Shown here: positions 19,627 to 27,149 of the stretch, one piece after another
Layout of the letters: every line of letters starts with the position of its first letter
Position numbering within the stretch: the first letter of the stretch is position 1
Source of the DNA: Minisyncoccota bacterium
GTDB taxonomy: Bacteria > Patescibacteriota > Minisyncoccia > Phycocordibacterales > PALSA-1337
Direction of reading: 5' to 3'
Assembly (NCBI GenBank): GCA_036517115.1
Contig: DATDYB010000005.1
Coordinates: 18,970 to 82,969, forward strand
Length of the DNA: 64,000 bases
Made by a program: the position numbers and the translations under genes
Notes under the pieces: generated by a model
Told to the model about the DNA's origin: nothing
The model's input: only the letters and a program-made list of their open reading frames with translations
Database searches by the model: none

Positions 19627-21386
19627 CGCGCACGCGACCTGTTATCGAGCTTATATATAGTGAATCGACCGTCGTCGTATACGAGCGAGGCGTTCGACAA
19701 CAGAGACGGCTTGAAGTGTCCCGTGTCGGTTTCTTTATCTGTAATACCATACGCAACCTTGTACGTCGTGAGTAACTCACTGATGTTCGGCCGAATATCA
19801 CGCTCATAGCGGCGGTATAGATCGTCAAAATATTCTTCGCCCGCGTATCCCACCGCTGTGGTCATACTTCCACAATCTCTGAACCAGTCCAGGCGAAACA
19901 TGCGACAAAGCTTTACCTTCCGGTTATACGTCCTGTATTTGTGCTCCGAATTCCCCACTCCCGCGTATTCTTGGTAGTCAAGGAAGAGATCGTTTTTTGT
20001 AAGATGAAAATAGTTCGCGGTAAGATAGCGCTCCTCGACCTCTCTCGATGACAGGAGATGTAGTGCCCCGCCCGCTCGCCACAGTACGTAATGGGGTGTA
20101 AGCATGGTGACATAGCGTACGATTCTACCATGAGGATCTCCCCATATGACCGAAGGTTCTCGCACGTTCTCCCGAAGCCATGAAAGGGGCTTTTCGAATC
20201 CTTGAATGTTCTCTGAAAGTTCCTTGCCGTAGGAGCTTAGGGGAATAACCGACGGACCATACTGGATGAGATAGCGAACATTGGCGACGAGAAGAAAACC
20301 GATAAGAACGGTCACTATCGCCAACTGTCGCGGTTTAAAAAGTTTGAGGTCTCCCCTCCTCTCCCACACAAGAGAAAAGAGGCAAGCGGTAGCAAGCGAG
20401 AGAAGATAAATAATGAATCGCTCGACATGCTGAGGCAATTCAAGATCCTTGCCGGTAATAAGGTTCGACCATGTGACCGCGACGGCGGCAAGGCCCACTA
20501 TGGAAAAAAACAGCGCACTTTGTCTGTCTATCATCCTTCTGAACATCAGCCCGACCAGGAAAATTATCAGAACGGGAAGGCAGGAATAGAGAGCGGCCGC
20601 CGTAGGTAGATGGGTATAGAGAAGACCGATCCGATCCATGGTCTGCCAATAGTCGGGATGGTTGAGTTGTTTCAACGTATACATGATAAGCGGTAGTGAA
20701 GCGAGGATAAAAATGCCGAAAACCCTGAACCATGCGGTTAAAAGATTTTTCCGACCGGAATACCAAAAGAGTGCGGCGGTGAGGAGAAACGCCACGACGA
20801 CGATCTGCCATGCGTACGTATAGACATAGGCCGAAGAAGCTCCGGCAATACCGAGAAAGAGCATTTTCTTGCGACTTTCCGGCTCTCTAAGCCAGAGGGC
20901 ATACGCAATGAGAAAAGCGATGAAAAAAGGAAATATGACCTGCATCGAAACAGGGCGGATGATAAAAAGGTAGAGTTCGAGATAGCAGAGCATTGAACCC
21001 GCGAGAGCCGCCTTCCTAAAACCGAGGACGGTTATCAAAACGTAGGTGAGCAAAAGAAAAATAAAGGACCACAAGAAAAGGTTGACATGAATGGCAGTCA
21101 TAAGCGGTAGACCGAGGATGAGCGGCACCGCGCTTATCCAATCCGCCGCAAAAAAAGCCGGAGCTGGTGCATCACGATGTTCAAAAAAATACGGGTTACC
21201 GAGAAAAGGATGGCCGTCCGCGACTTCCTGCATGCGGTCGTAATAGTAGTCGGTATCATTGTAGATTCCGACAGGCACGCGGGGAGATGCTCCGAGTGTT
21301 AAAAAGGTATGGATGAAAGGCAGTACCGTAAAAAAAAGTGCTGTAATCGCCAGTATGATGAGGTGTTTTGAAGATATGAATTTCAT
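19623..21386 (-). CDS. polytopic membrane protein, paralog of 11903-13663
   Basis: 587 aa. Shared YY.DRMQEVADGH motif, ~12 TM and a C-terminal soluble domain. Confidence 0.5.
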   Translation of the reverse strand: MKFISSKHLIILAITALFFTVLPFIHTFLTLGASPRVPVGIYNDTDYYYDRMQEVADGHPFLGNPYFFEHRDAPAPAFFAADWISAVPLILGLPLMTAIHVNLFLWSFIFLLLTYVLITVLGFRKAALAGSMLCYLELYLFIIRPVSMQVIFPFFIAFLIAYALWLREPESRKKMLFLGIAGASSAYVYTYAWQIVVVAFLLTAALFWYSGRKNLLTAWFRVFGIFILASLPLIMYTLKQLNHPDYWQTMDRIGLLYTHLPTAAALYSCLPVLIIFLVGLMFRRMIDRQSALFFSIVGLAAVAVTWSNLITGKDLELPQHVERFIIYLLSLATACLFSLVWERRGDLKLFKPRQLAIVTVLIGFLLVANVRYLIQYGPSVIPLSSYGKELSENIQGFEKPLSWLRENVREPSVIWGDPHGRIVRYVTMLTPHYVLWRAGGALHLLSSREVEERYLTANYFHLTKNDLFLDYQEYAGVGNSEHKYRTYNRKVKLCRMFRLDWFRDCGSMTTAVGYAGEEYFDDLYRRYERDIRPNISELLTTYKVAYGITDKETDTGHFKPSLLSNASLVYDDGRFTIYKLDNRSRAR

Positions 21387-22234
21387 TTTTTTCTAGCGAT
21401 AATGAACATATTATCACGAGTGTTGAGGGAAATGGATATCCGCGAAAGCGCTCCCCTCCGGAACAGAAACGAGAGACGTTTCCAGAGTGATAATCCCTGC
21501 CATTTATATAGCATTTTGAAAATGTACTGTAGCGTAAACTGTTTGCCGATCGTGGTCAAGAGCAGTGTATCAAATCCCGCTTTTTCTAAAAGTGTGACGA
21601 TATTTCTACGGTTGAAATAGTAGAGATGCTCAGGTGGCACGATGAGATGCCATCTTTTCCCAAAAATTCTCGCCACATTACTACCTGCGTCGGGAGTGTT
21701 GATAACGAGAATGCCGCCCTCCGAGAGCAGCGCATGCGCTGCTGCGAGCTCCTGGTGAGGATTCTCGACATGCTCGATAAGATCAAGCATGGTGATGGCG
21801 TCAAACGAGACTTCTTTGGGAAGGGACTGGAGCGTGCCGGTAACAACATCGAGTCCTTTCTTCCTCCCGAGCGCCGCCGCATGCTCGGAAACCTCCACCC
21901 CCTTAACCTGCCATCCATCCTTCTGGGCAAGATCAATGAAGAATCCAGAGGCCGCACCGACGTCTAGCAGCTTTTTTCCGGCAGGGACATATGACCGAAT
22001 AAGGCGAAGATACCGCATGAAGGTCAGGATCATAGGCTCCTTGTCCGCATCGTAGTCAACGTAACCGAAGCCTCCTTTTGCTCCACCGAAATAGTCTTCA
22101 GAATAAACCATAGCCGCGTCCACGGTTGTCGGATAGACAAAAAGAAGTCCACACGATCCGCACTCGAAAATATCGCAATTATTTTTGCGAACAAAAAATT
22201 TGATGGTAATACTGCTACAAACAAGACATTTCAT
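21383..22234 (-). CDS. class I SAM-dependent methyltransferase with N-terminal Cys4 zinc-ribbon
   Basis: N-terminal CLVCSS...CGSCG and LLDVGAASGFFIDLAQKDGWQVKGVEVSE motif I. The ORF track start (22261) overlaps the upstream gene; the Met of MKCLVC at about 22234 is the likelier start. Confidence 0.7.
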   Translation of the reverse strand: MKCLVCSSITIKFFVRKNNCDIFECGSCGLLFVYPTTVDAAMVYSEDYFGGAKGGFGYVDYDADKEPMILTFMRYLRLIRSYVPAGKKLLDVGAASGFFIDLAQKDGWQVKGVEVSEHAAALGRKKGLDVVTGTLQSLPKEVSFDAITMLDLIEHVENPHQELAAAHALLSEGGILVINTPDAGSNVARIFGKRWHLIVPPEHLYYFNRRNIVTLLEKAGFDTLLLTTIGKQFTLQYIFKMLYKWQGLSLWKRLSFLFRRGALSRISISLNTRDNMFIIARKK

Positions 22235-22941
22235 ACTCGTTTTCGGAAAATCATTTTCCACGGTGCAATGATACCTTCACGAATAATGTGTGAGCTTAAT
22301 TTCGACTCCCCTTCCCGTCGCCGTTTAAAGACGATGGGCACTTCACTCATGCGGGCACCCTTCTTCCACAATGCGTATTTAAGCTCGATCAGGAAAGCAT
22401 AGCCAGACAGGTCAATACTTTTAGTGAAGTTGCTGTCAAGCATCGTTGTGCGGATAAGCATATAACCAGCAGTGAAATCCGTAAGTGGCATTCTAGTTAC
22501 AGCCCGACAATAGAAGCTTGCGAGCCGCGACAACACCCTCCGCCACAACTCCCATCCTTCCGTTCCAGAACCACCGCCAACGTACCGTGAACCGATCACC
22601 ATGTCGCTTGTTTCGGCTGCCTTGAGTATTGCGGGAAGATAGGAGGGGTGATGAGAAAAATCGGCGTCCATCATGACAATATGCTCGATGCCGACATCTT
22701 GAGACAGCTCCTCAAACGCGTGAAGATACGCCTTGCCCAGACCTTCTTTTTTCTCTCTCCAGAGGAGCGACACCTGCTTGTTCGAGGCGGCGATTCTTCG
22801 GACGACATCGGCCGTGCCGTCGGGGGAATTGTCGTCCACCACCATAATATGAATATGGGGCATCAGCTGGAGTACCTCCGGAATAAGCGCCTCAATATTA
22901 TTTCGCTCATTATAGGTCGGAATGACGATGACCGTTTTCAT
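22231..22941 (-). CDS. GT2 polyprenyl-phosphate glycosyltransferase (DPM1-like, soluble/short form)
   Basis: 236 aa. MKTVIVIPTYNERNNIE...HIMVVDDNSPDGTADVV...GLGKAYLHAFEE...VMMDADFSHHP. Confidence 0.8.
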   Translation of the reverse strand: MKTVIVIPTYNERNNIEALIPEVLQLMPHIHIMVVDDNSPDGTADVVRRIAASNKQVSLLWREKKEGLGKAYLHAFEELSQDVGIEHIVMMDADFSHHPSYLPAILKAAETSDMVIGSRYVGGGSGTEGWELWRRVLSRLASFYCRAVTRMPLTDFTAGYMLIRTTMLDSNFTKSIDLSGYAFLIELKYALWKKGARMSEVPIVFKRRREGESKLSSHIIREGIIAPWKMIFRKRV

Positions 22942-22975
22942 GCGAATCAGTATATTCTATTTCCTCCCCACCGCC

Positions 22976-23010
22976 AAATGTTAAACACCGAGTGTTGAAC
23001 AGTGTTGAAC
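22976..23010. promoter_or_regulatory. copy 2 of the AACACCGAGTGTT palindrome motif (AAATGTTAAACACCGAGTGTTGAACA, plus a tandem GTGTTGAACA), upstream of the GT2 gene start
   Basis: Read directly. Imperfect relative to copy 1. Confidence 0.45.
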
Positions 23011-23021
23011 AAAAAGCTCCA

Positions 23022-23088
23022 CACCCCGACAAAAAAGTTCGCGCTACGGGCCGACAGGCCTCCGTCTACGAACTTTTTTGTCGGGGTG
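23022..23088. repeat. intergenic palindromic element C (family 1): CACCCCGAC-AAAAAA-GTTCGCGCTACGGGCCGACAGGCCTCCGTCTACGAAC-TTTTTT-GTCGGGGTG
   Basis: Read directly. Same A6/core/T6 architecture and core as element B, with a different but perfectly compensatory outer stem. A short direct repeat CTCCA flanks it on both sides. Lies between the RT stop and the next gene. Confidence 0.6.
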
Positions 23089-23093
23089 CTCCA

Positions 23094-24086
23094 CTACCTC
23101 TGCTTTTTTGTGATCTGTTGTTGGAGTTTATACCCCTCCCCATGCTTCAAAAGCCCGAGATAGGAAGCGATTGTTGCTGTGCTTGGTTTATCATAGCACC
23201 GCGCAAACATTCTCCTCTTTGTTGTCGTTCTTAACACTCGGTGTGTGGGGAAATGCACCCAGCCGAGGAAGTCCACGCCAGAGGCAAGGGTTTTTATGAA
23301 TACTTTGTCAGGGTGAAGTGACAATTTCAATCGTTCTGAAAGAAATGTGCCGATCTTCACTATCAGATCTTCTAGGTATGCTTTACTGTGGTGCAGAATG
23401 ACGAAGTCATCGGCATAACGAATGTAGTACTTCACTTTCTGTGTATGTTTCACCCACTGATCGAACTCGTTCATGTAGACATTGACTAGGAGTTGGGAGG
23501 TGAGGTTGCCGAGAGGGAGACCAACTCCGAGAGTAGCACTATGGAAACTCTCGATGATATTCTGAAGAAGCCGAAGGATGTCGCTGTCGGATATGTGTTT
23601 TTCGAGAATTGAGAGCAATATCGGCTGATCGATAGAGGCGAAGAACTTGCGGATGTCGCATTTTAATACGAAGCATGTCCGATAACCACAATCCTCCACC
23701 CATGTCGAAAATGACGTAAACCTTCGGAGTGCTTTATGCGTCCCCTTACCCAACCTGCATGAATATGAATCATAGATAAATATTTGGTTAAAAAATGGAT
23801 ATAGCGCACGGAACACTGCGTGATGAACTATTCTGTCTCTCACACTTGCCTTATGGATGTCTCTCGGCTTCGGATCATTTATTTTGAAATGTCCGTATCC
23901 GCCATGTTGATAACTTCTTGATGATAGATCTTGTTGTAATGACATAAGATTCGGCATGAGACGGAGGCCGAACTCTTGAACGTCCGCTCTCTTCGTTTTT
24001 CCTTTTAAAAAAATTCTCCACGAGGTAAGTAGATTTTCCAAAGAGATGATATTCTTATACTGATGAGTAAAATAAACTTGATGCAT
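23094..24086 (-). CDS. diversity-generating retroelement reverse transcriptase
   Basis: N-terminus YKNIISLENLLTSWRIFLKGKTKRADVQEF...KINDPKPRDIHKASVRDRIVHHAV. Motif GLPLGNLTSQLLVNVY (the [ILV]GxxxSQ variant characteristic of DGR RTs, instead of QGxxxSP). YADDFVILHH catalytic motif. ~330 aa. The ORF track starts at GTG 24152; the in-frame ATG at 24086 (MHQVYF...) avoids overlap with avd. Confidence 0.85.
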   Translation of the reverse strand: MHQVYFTHQYKNIISLENLLTSWRIFLKGKTKRADVQEFGLRLMPNLMSLQQDLSSRSYQHGGYGHFKINDPKPRDIHKASVRDRIVHHAVFRALYPFFNQIFIYDSYSCRLGKGTHKALRRFTSFSTWVEDCGYRTCFVLKCDIRKFFASIDQPILLSILEKHISDSDILRLLQNIIESFHSATLGVGLPLGNLTSQLLVNVYMNEFDQWVKHTQKVKYYIRYADDFVILHHSKAYLEDLIVKIGTFLSERLKLSLHPDKVFIKTLASGVDFLGWVHFPTHRVLRTTTKRRMFARCYDKPSTATIASYLGLLKHGEGYKLQQQITKKQR

Positions 24087-24117
24087 TCCATAAATAGTAC
24101 CCACCCCCCGCACGGTT

Positions 24118-24465
24118 TTGCCAGTGCTTGAGAAATTGAAAGATGGATACACATTGTGGCACAGATGTCACGAACTGATGCCAAAAACACAGCGATATTC
24201 ACTTGGCAACAGAATTGATAAATTGTTTATAGAGGCGATCGAGGCGACAGCAACGGCAGCTTTCCTTCCCCCACAAGAAAAGGTGGCGTGGGTTCGTTTA
24301 GCACTTCGAAAAACCGACGTCATACAAGTGTTATTATTGATCTGCTTAGAGACTGATTCATTCGAAGAAAAGCATTTTGTTGATGTATCGATGAAGCTTG
24401 CGGAGATTGGTAAAGATCTAGGCGGGTGGAACGGCAAACTTACAAAACAAAACTCCGGCGGATAA
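24118..24465 (+). CDS. Avd-like accessory variability determinant (four-helix-bundle protein)
   Basis: ~115 aa. ...QRYSLGNRIDKLFIEAIEA... and C-terminal ...EEKHFVDVSMKLAEIGKDLGGWNGKL, which resembles the bAvd C-terminus (..AEVGRILGSW..). TTG start in the track, and other starts are possible. Divergent from the RT. Confidence 0.65.
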   Translation: MPVLEKLKDGYTLWHRCHELMPKTQRYSLGNRIDKLFIEAIEATATAAFLPPQEKVAWVRLALRKTDVIQVLLLICLETDSFEEKHFVDVSMKLAEIGKDLGGWNGKLTKQNSGG

Positions 24466-24487
24466 ATCCTACGGAGAAATGAATAAG

Positions 24488-24615
24488 TTGCGGAAGGACG
24501 AAGGCGAAACCGCCATTGTCGTTCCAGTTGTTGTCCGGCCTATCGTAGTTGGCGTTCAAACAGCGACCGTCATTGTCACGGTTCGCATAGAGCACGTTCG
24601 GATCGCCGTCGGAAT
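24488..24615 (-). repeat. DGR template repeat (TR), 128 bp, non-coding
   Basis: Near-identical to 24931-25058. At all ~23 mismatch positions the TR carries T on the + strand (A in the coding sense of the minus-strand target). In that frame the TR reads S D G D P N V L Y A N R D N D G R C L N A N Y D R P D N N W N D N G G F A F V L P Q (Asn AAC/AAT-rich). Confidence 0.85.
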
Positions 24616-24844
24616 GCGCGAGATTTCATCCCTGCAACTGTAAAATCATAGCTAGTTTTTGTAATTTTAAATTACCCAAAACCCCGCGCCAAGTAGCTTC
24701 ATTTTTTTAAAGAAGTGTCTACATGTACCCTCCGTCTAGAATGATAATTCTAAAGACGCTCTCAATACATGGATACTGGTTTCGGCAGTCCTGACATTCT
24801 GATGCCAAAACAGATTCGCCTACTTCCGTCTGTAAGTATATATG

Positions 24845-24869
24845 AAAAAACCTCGACGTGTGTCGAGGT
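24845..24869 (-). terminator. hairpin ACCTCGAC-GTGT-GTCGAGGT followed by T6 (on minus strand) ~60 nt downstream of the VR/stop; target-gene terminator and possible DGR-associated stem-loop
   Basis: Read directly. A6 on the plus strand precedes the stem. Confidence 0.5.
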
Positions 24870-24900
24870 TGTGTAAAAACCAAAGCCAAGGGACCGAGGG

Positions 24901-25659
24901 CTAGGTTTGAGAAACCGAAGTCGAGGGCTCTTGCGGAAGGACGAAGGCGAAACCGCCATTGCCGTACCAGCTGAAGCCCGGCCCACCGTAGAAGGCGTCC
25001 AAACAGCGACCGTCATCGTCACGGCCCGCACAGAGCACGCTCGGATCGCCGTCGGAATCATTGATCGCGTCATGCATCGCTACGATGTACCAGAGACCGA
25101 GTTCTTCGAGTTCGGCATCGGTGAGAAGGTCTCGAATAAGCGGACCAACTTCCCAATGAGGTGTCTTCCACCCCCGAACCTCTGCGTCTTTGCGGATTGT
25201 TTTGGTGTACCGATCCTTGTTCTTGATCTTATTACCGGGCCGGACAGCGATGTTATACGTCACGCCGGTGGTAGGTGCGTCCGTTGCCCTCCTTAGAACA
25301 TTCTTGCCCCAGTCGGAAACGCGATAGGGCTGCCCCTTGGCATCCTTCTTTTCCTTTTCGAAATAGGTAATCCACTGTTCATTGGTACGACCGTTGGAAG
25401 TGACTTCGAAGTAAATAGTTCCTTCGGAGTCAATTACCCATTTGGAACCCGCCGGAATGGCAGGAATGACTGGCTTGATCGTTTCGCCGCTTTGATCAAT
25501 GAGTACGAGCTTGGCTTTGCCTCTTACGAGCATCGATACAGCCGTGAAGTTTTCTTCTGTCGACAACCATTCAACGTCATTGGTGTCGCCGTCGTTGCGT
25601 TTAATAGCCGTCTCCAATTTGTGACCTGCACCTTGAGTTAGTACGAACGTGCTGTTCAT
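24901..25659 (-). CDS. DGR target (variable) protein with C-terminal C-type-lectin/FGE-like variable region
   Basis: 252 aa. C-terminal ...GLWYIVAMHDAINDSDGDPSVLCAGRDDDGRCLDAFYGGPGFSWYGNGGFAFVLPQ contains the VR. No obvious signal peptide. N-terminal domain unrecognised. Confidence 0.8.
   Translation of the reverse strand: MNSTFVLTQGAGHKLETAIKRNDGDTNDVEWLSTEENFTAVSMLVRGKAKLVLIDQSGETIKPVIPAIPAGSKWVIDSEGTIYFEVTSNGRTNEQWITYFEKEKKDAKGQPYRVSDWGKNVLRRATDAPTTGVTYNIAVRPGNKIKNKDRYTKTIRKDAEVRGWKTPHWEVGPLIRDLLTDAELEELGLWYIVAMHDAINDSDGDPSVLCAGRDDDGRCLDAFYGGPGFSWYGNGGFAFVLPQEPSTSVSQT
24931..25058 (-). repeat. DGR variable repeat (VR) at the 3' end of the target gene
   Basis: Encodes ...DSDGDPSVLCAGRDDDGRCLDAFYGGPGFSWYGNGGFAFVLPQ. 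Ends 28 nt before the stop codon. Differs from the TR only at TR-adenine positions. Confidence 0.85.
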
Positions 25660-25845
25660 AACAGCGTGTCCTTTCTTTTGTTTGAGCGTGCCTTCTATGG
25701 AGCATGCCCTTTTAGTTTATTGAACGCTGGACTCTTCGCCACAGCGGAGAACCCCTTTATTTAGCAAGGCTAAGCCTTGCTAAGAGGGACTTTCTGCTGG
25801 GGCGAATCTCACTTTTTAAGGTACTTTTACCTGCTTAGTGGTATA

Positions 25846-26997
25846 CTACAAATGGGTACAAAAGTCAATGATAGCTCCTGCCCTTTTTTCCCAAGTGTGT
25901 TCCTGTACATCAGTGTACGCTTGTTTCCGCCGTTGTTCTGCATCTTGGGGGTTTTCTAGTGCTTCTCGAAGAGTTTCGGCGAATGAGTGCGAGCTATCGG
26001 ACTGTGCGAAAAAGCAGTTTTTTTCCGAGAGAATTTCCCGTAGCGACGGCAGGTCGGAGGCGACAATGGGACGGCCACTTGCCATGTATTCAAAAAGCTT
26101 CAGAGGTGAGGTATAGCTTTTTGAAAGCTCGCTTTTTCCACTATTAGGAATAACAAGAACATCTGCCGCTTTCATGTAAAAGGGCATATGCTCATGCTTT
26201 GCAAATGGTAGAACCCTTACATTCGCCGCTTCATACTTCTTTTTGAAAAGAGACAGCTCCGGTTCCACCCCTCCAATGAAGACGAACAGATAATCATCTC
26301 CAAACTCTTTTGCTGCCTCTGCAAGCGTCTCCCCTCCTTTCCATGAATAGAGGTGCCCCGTGTAGAGCACGATTCTTTTATCTTTCGGTAAACCGAGTTT
26401 TTGCCTGGCTTCATTTTTTGAAATAGGGATATCAAATTTTTTCAAGTCGACCCCATCTGGCGCAACAAGAATTTTTTCACCCTCAATACCCGCTTCAATG
26501 AGCCTTGATCGCATGATGGAGGTGAGCACGATCAGGCGATCGGGGATGAGGAGGTGTTTTTTAGATATTCCATCAAGCGAATGGAGCTCCGCGACCCGAT
26601 AATGTTTTTTTGCCGAGAAAAAAGAAAGCAGACGAGGATTTCTTGCATAGACCACGCTTCCTTGCGGAAGTGCGGTGAACAAGAGGCGTAGGTGAAAAAA
26701 GAGTGCATCGAGCCGGTACAGCAGATTGCCGAACCGAAGCGTTCTGCCCAAAAAATCCGGACTTGCCACCTTCCTGATTTCGAAATTTCTTTCCACGCCA
26801 TAATAGACGAAAGGGTCATGTTCCTCGCCGGCGTTATTCTTTCGATTCGGCACGAGCAGTGTTACCTCCTGTCCCCCACGGGCGAAGGCCTCGCACATCT
26901 TCATGATCTGCAAACCATGCGCCCGCTCGGTCGGCAACCTGACATCGGCAATGTAGTAGAGTTTCATAATATCGCTAGTATAAAGTAAAAATTTCAC
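25846..26997 (-). CDS. glycosyltransferase family 4
   Basis: 383 aa. ...FIGGVEPELSLFKKKYEAANVRVLPFAKHEHMPFYMKAADVLVIPNSGKSELSKSYTSPLKLFEYMASGRPIVASDLPSLREIL. Confidence 0.8.
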   Translation of the reverse strand: MKFLLYTSDIMKLYYIADVRLPTERAHGLQIMKMCEAFARGGQEVTLLVPNRKNNAGEEHDPFVYYGVERNFEIRKVASPDFLGRTLRFGNLLYRLDALFFHLRLLFTALPQGSVVYARNPRLLSFFSAKKHYRVAELHSLDGISKKHLLIPDRLIVLTSIMRSRLIEAGIEGEKILVAPDGVDLKKFDIPISKNEARQKLGLPKDKRIVLYTGHLYSWKGGETLAEAAKEFGDDYLFVFIGGVEPELSLFKKKYEAANVRVLPFAKHEHMPFYMKAADVLVIPNSGKSELSKSYTSPLKLFEYMASGRPIVASDLPSLREILSEKNCFFAQSDSSHSFAETLREALENPQDAEQRRKQAYTDVQEHTWEKRAGAIIDFCTHL

Positions 26998-27149
26998 AAT
27001 TACTATAAGTCGGAATAGAATCGATAAAATCGCTCATATGCGAGGCGCCGGCGAGTGAGAAGCGAATACTTGTAGCTTCGCAAGACCTTTTGAGACATTT
27101 TCTGAAATGTCCAAAAGGTATACAGTTCCTGTAAGGAATTGCGACCATT

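Larger units (their letters stand above)
23094..25659. mobile_element. diversity-generating retroelement cassette (RT - Avd - TR - hairpin - VR/target)
   Basis: Combination of the four components above with adenine-specific TR/VR differences. Confidence 0.85.

Noticed and set aside
23015-23095. Element C considered as a bona fide MITE because of the flanking direct CTCCA.
   Set aside because: A 5-bp direct repeat can arise by chance. Elements A and B show no comparable flanking duplication. Kept as a hypothesis inside the family-1 finding only.
23094-24152. RT considered as a group II intron maturase or retron RT, or as part of an RT-based defence system.
   Set aside because: No intron RNA domain structure, no X/maturase or endonuclease domain, and no msr/msd-like repeats. 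The [ILV]GxxxSQ motif and the adenine-specific TR/VR pair identify it as a DGR RT.
24118-24152. Apparent 35-bp head-to-head overlap of the RT (GTG 24152) and Avd (TTG 24118) starts.
   Set aside because: Resolved by using the in-frame ATG at 24086 for the RT (MHQVYF...), giving non-overlapping divergent genes about 31 bp apart.
24168-24437. 89-aa minus-strand ORF antisense to the Avd candidate, considered as an alternative Avd on the same strand as the RT.
   Set aside because: Its translation (MPFHPPRSLPISASFIDTST...) has none of the Avd helix motifs. The plus-strand frame carries the bAvd-like KLAEIGKDLGGW C-terminus.
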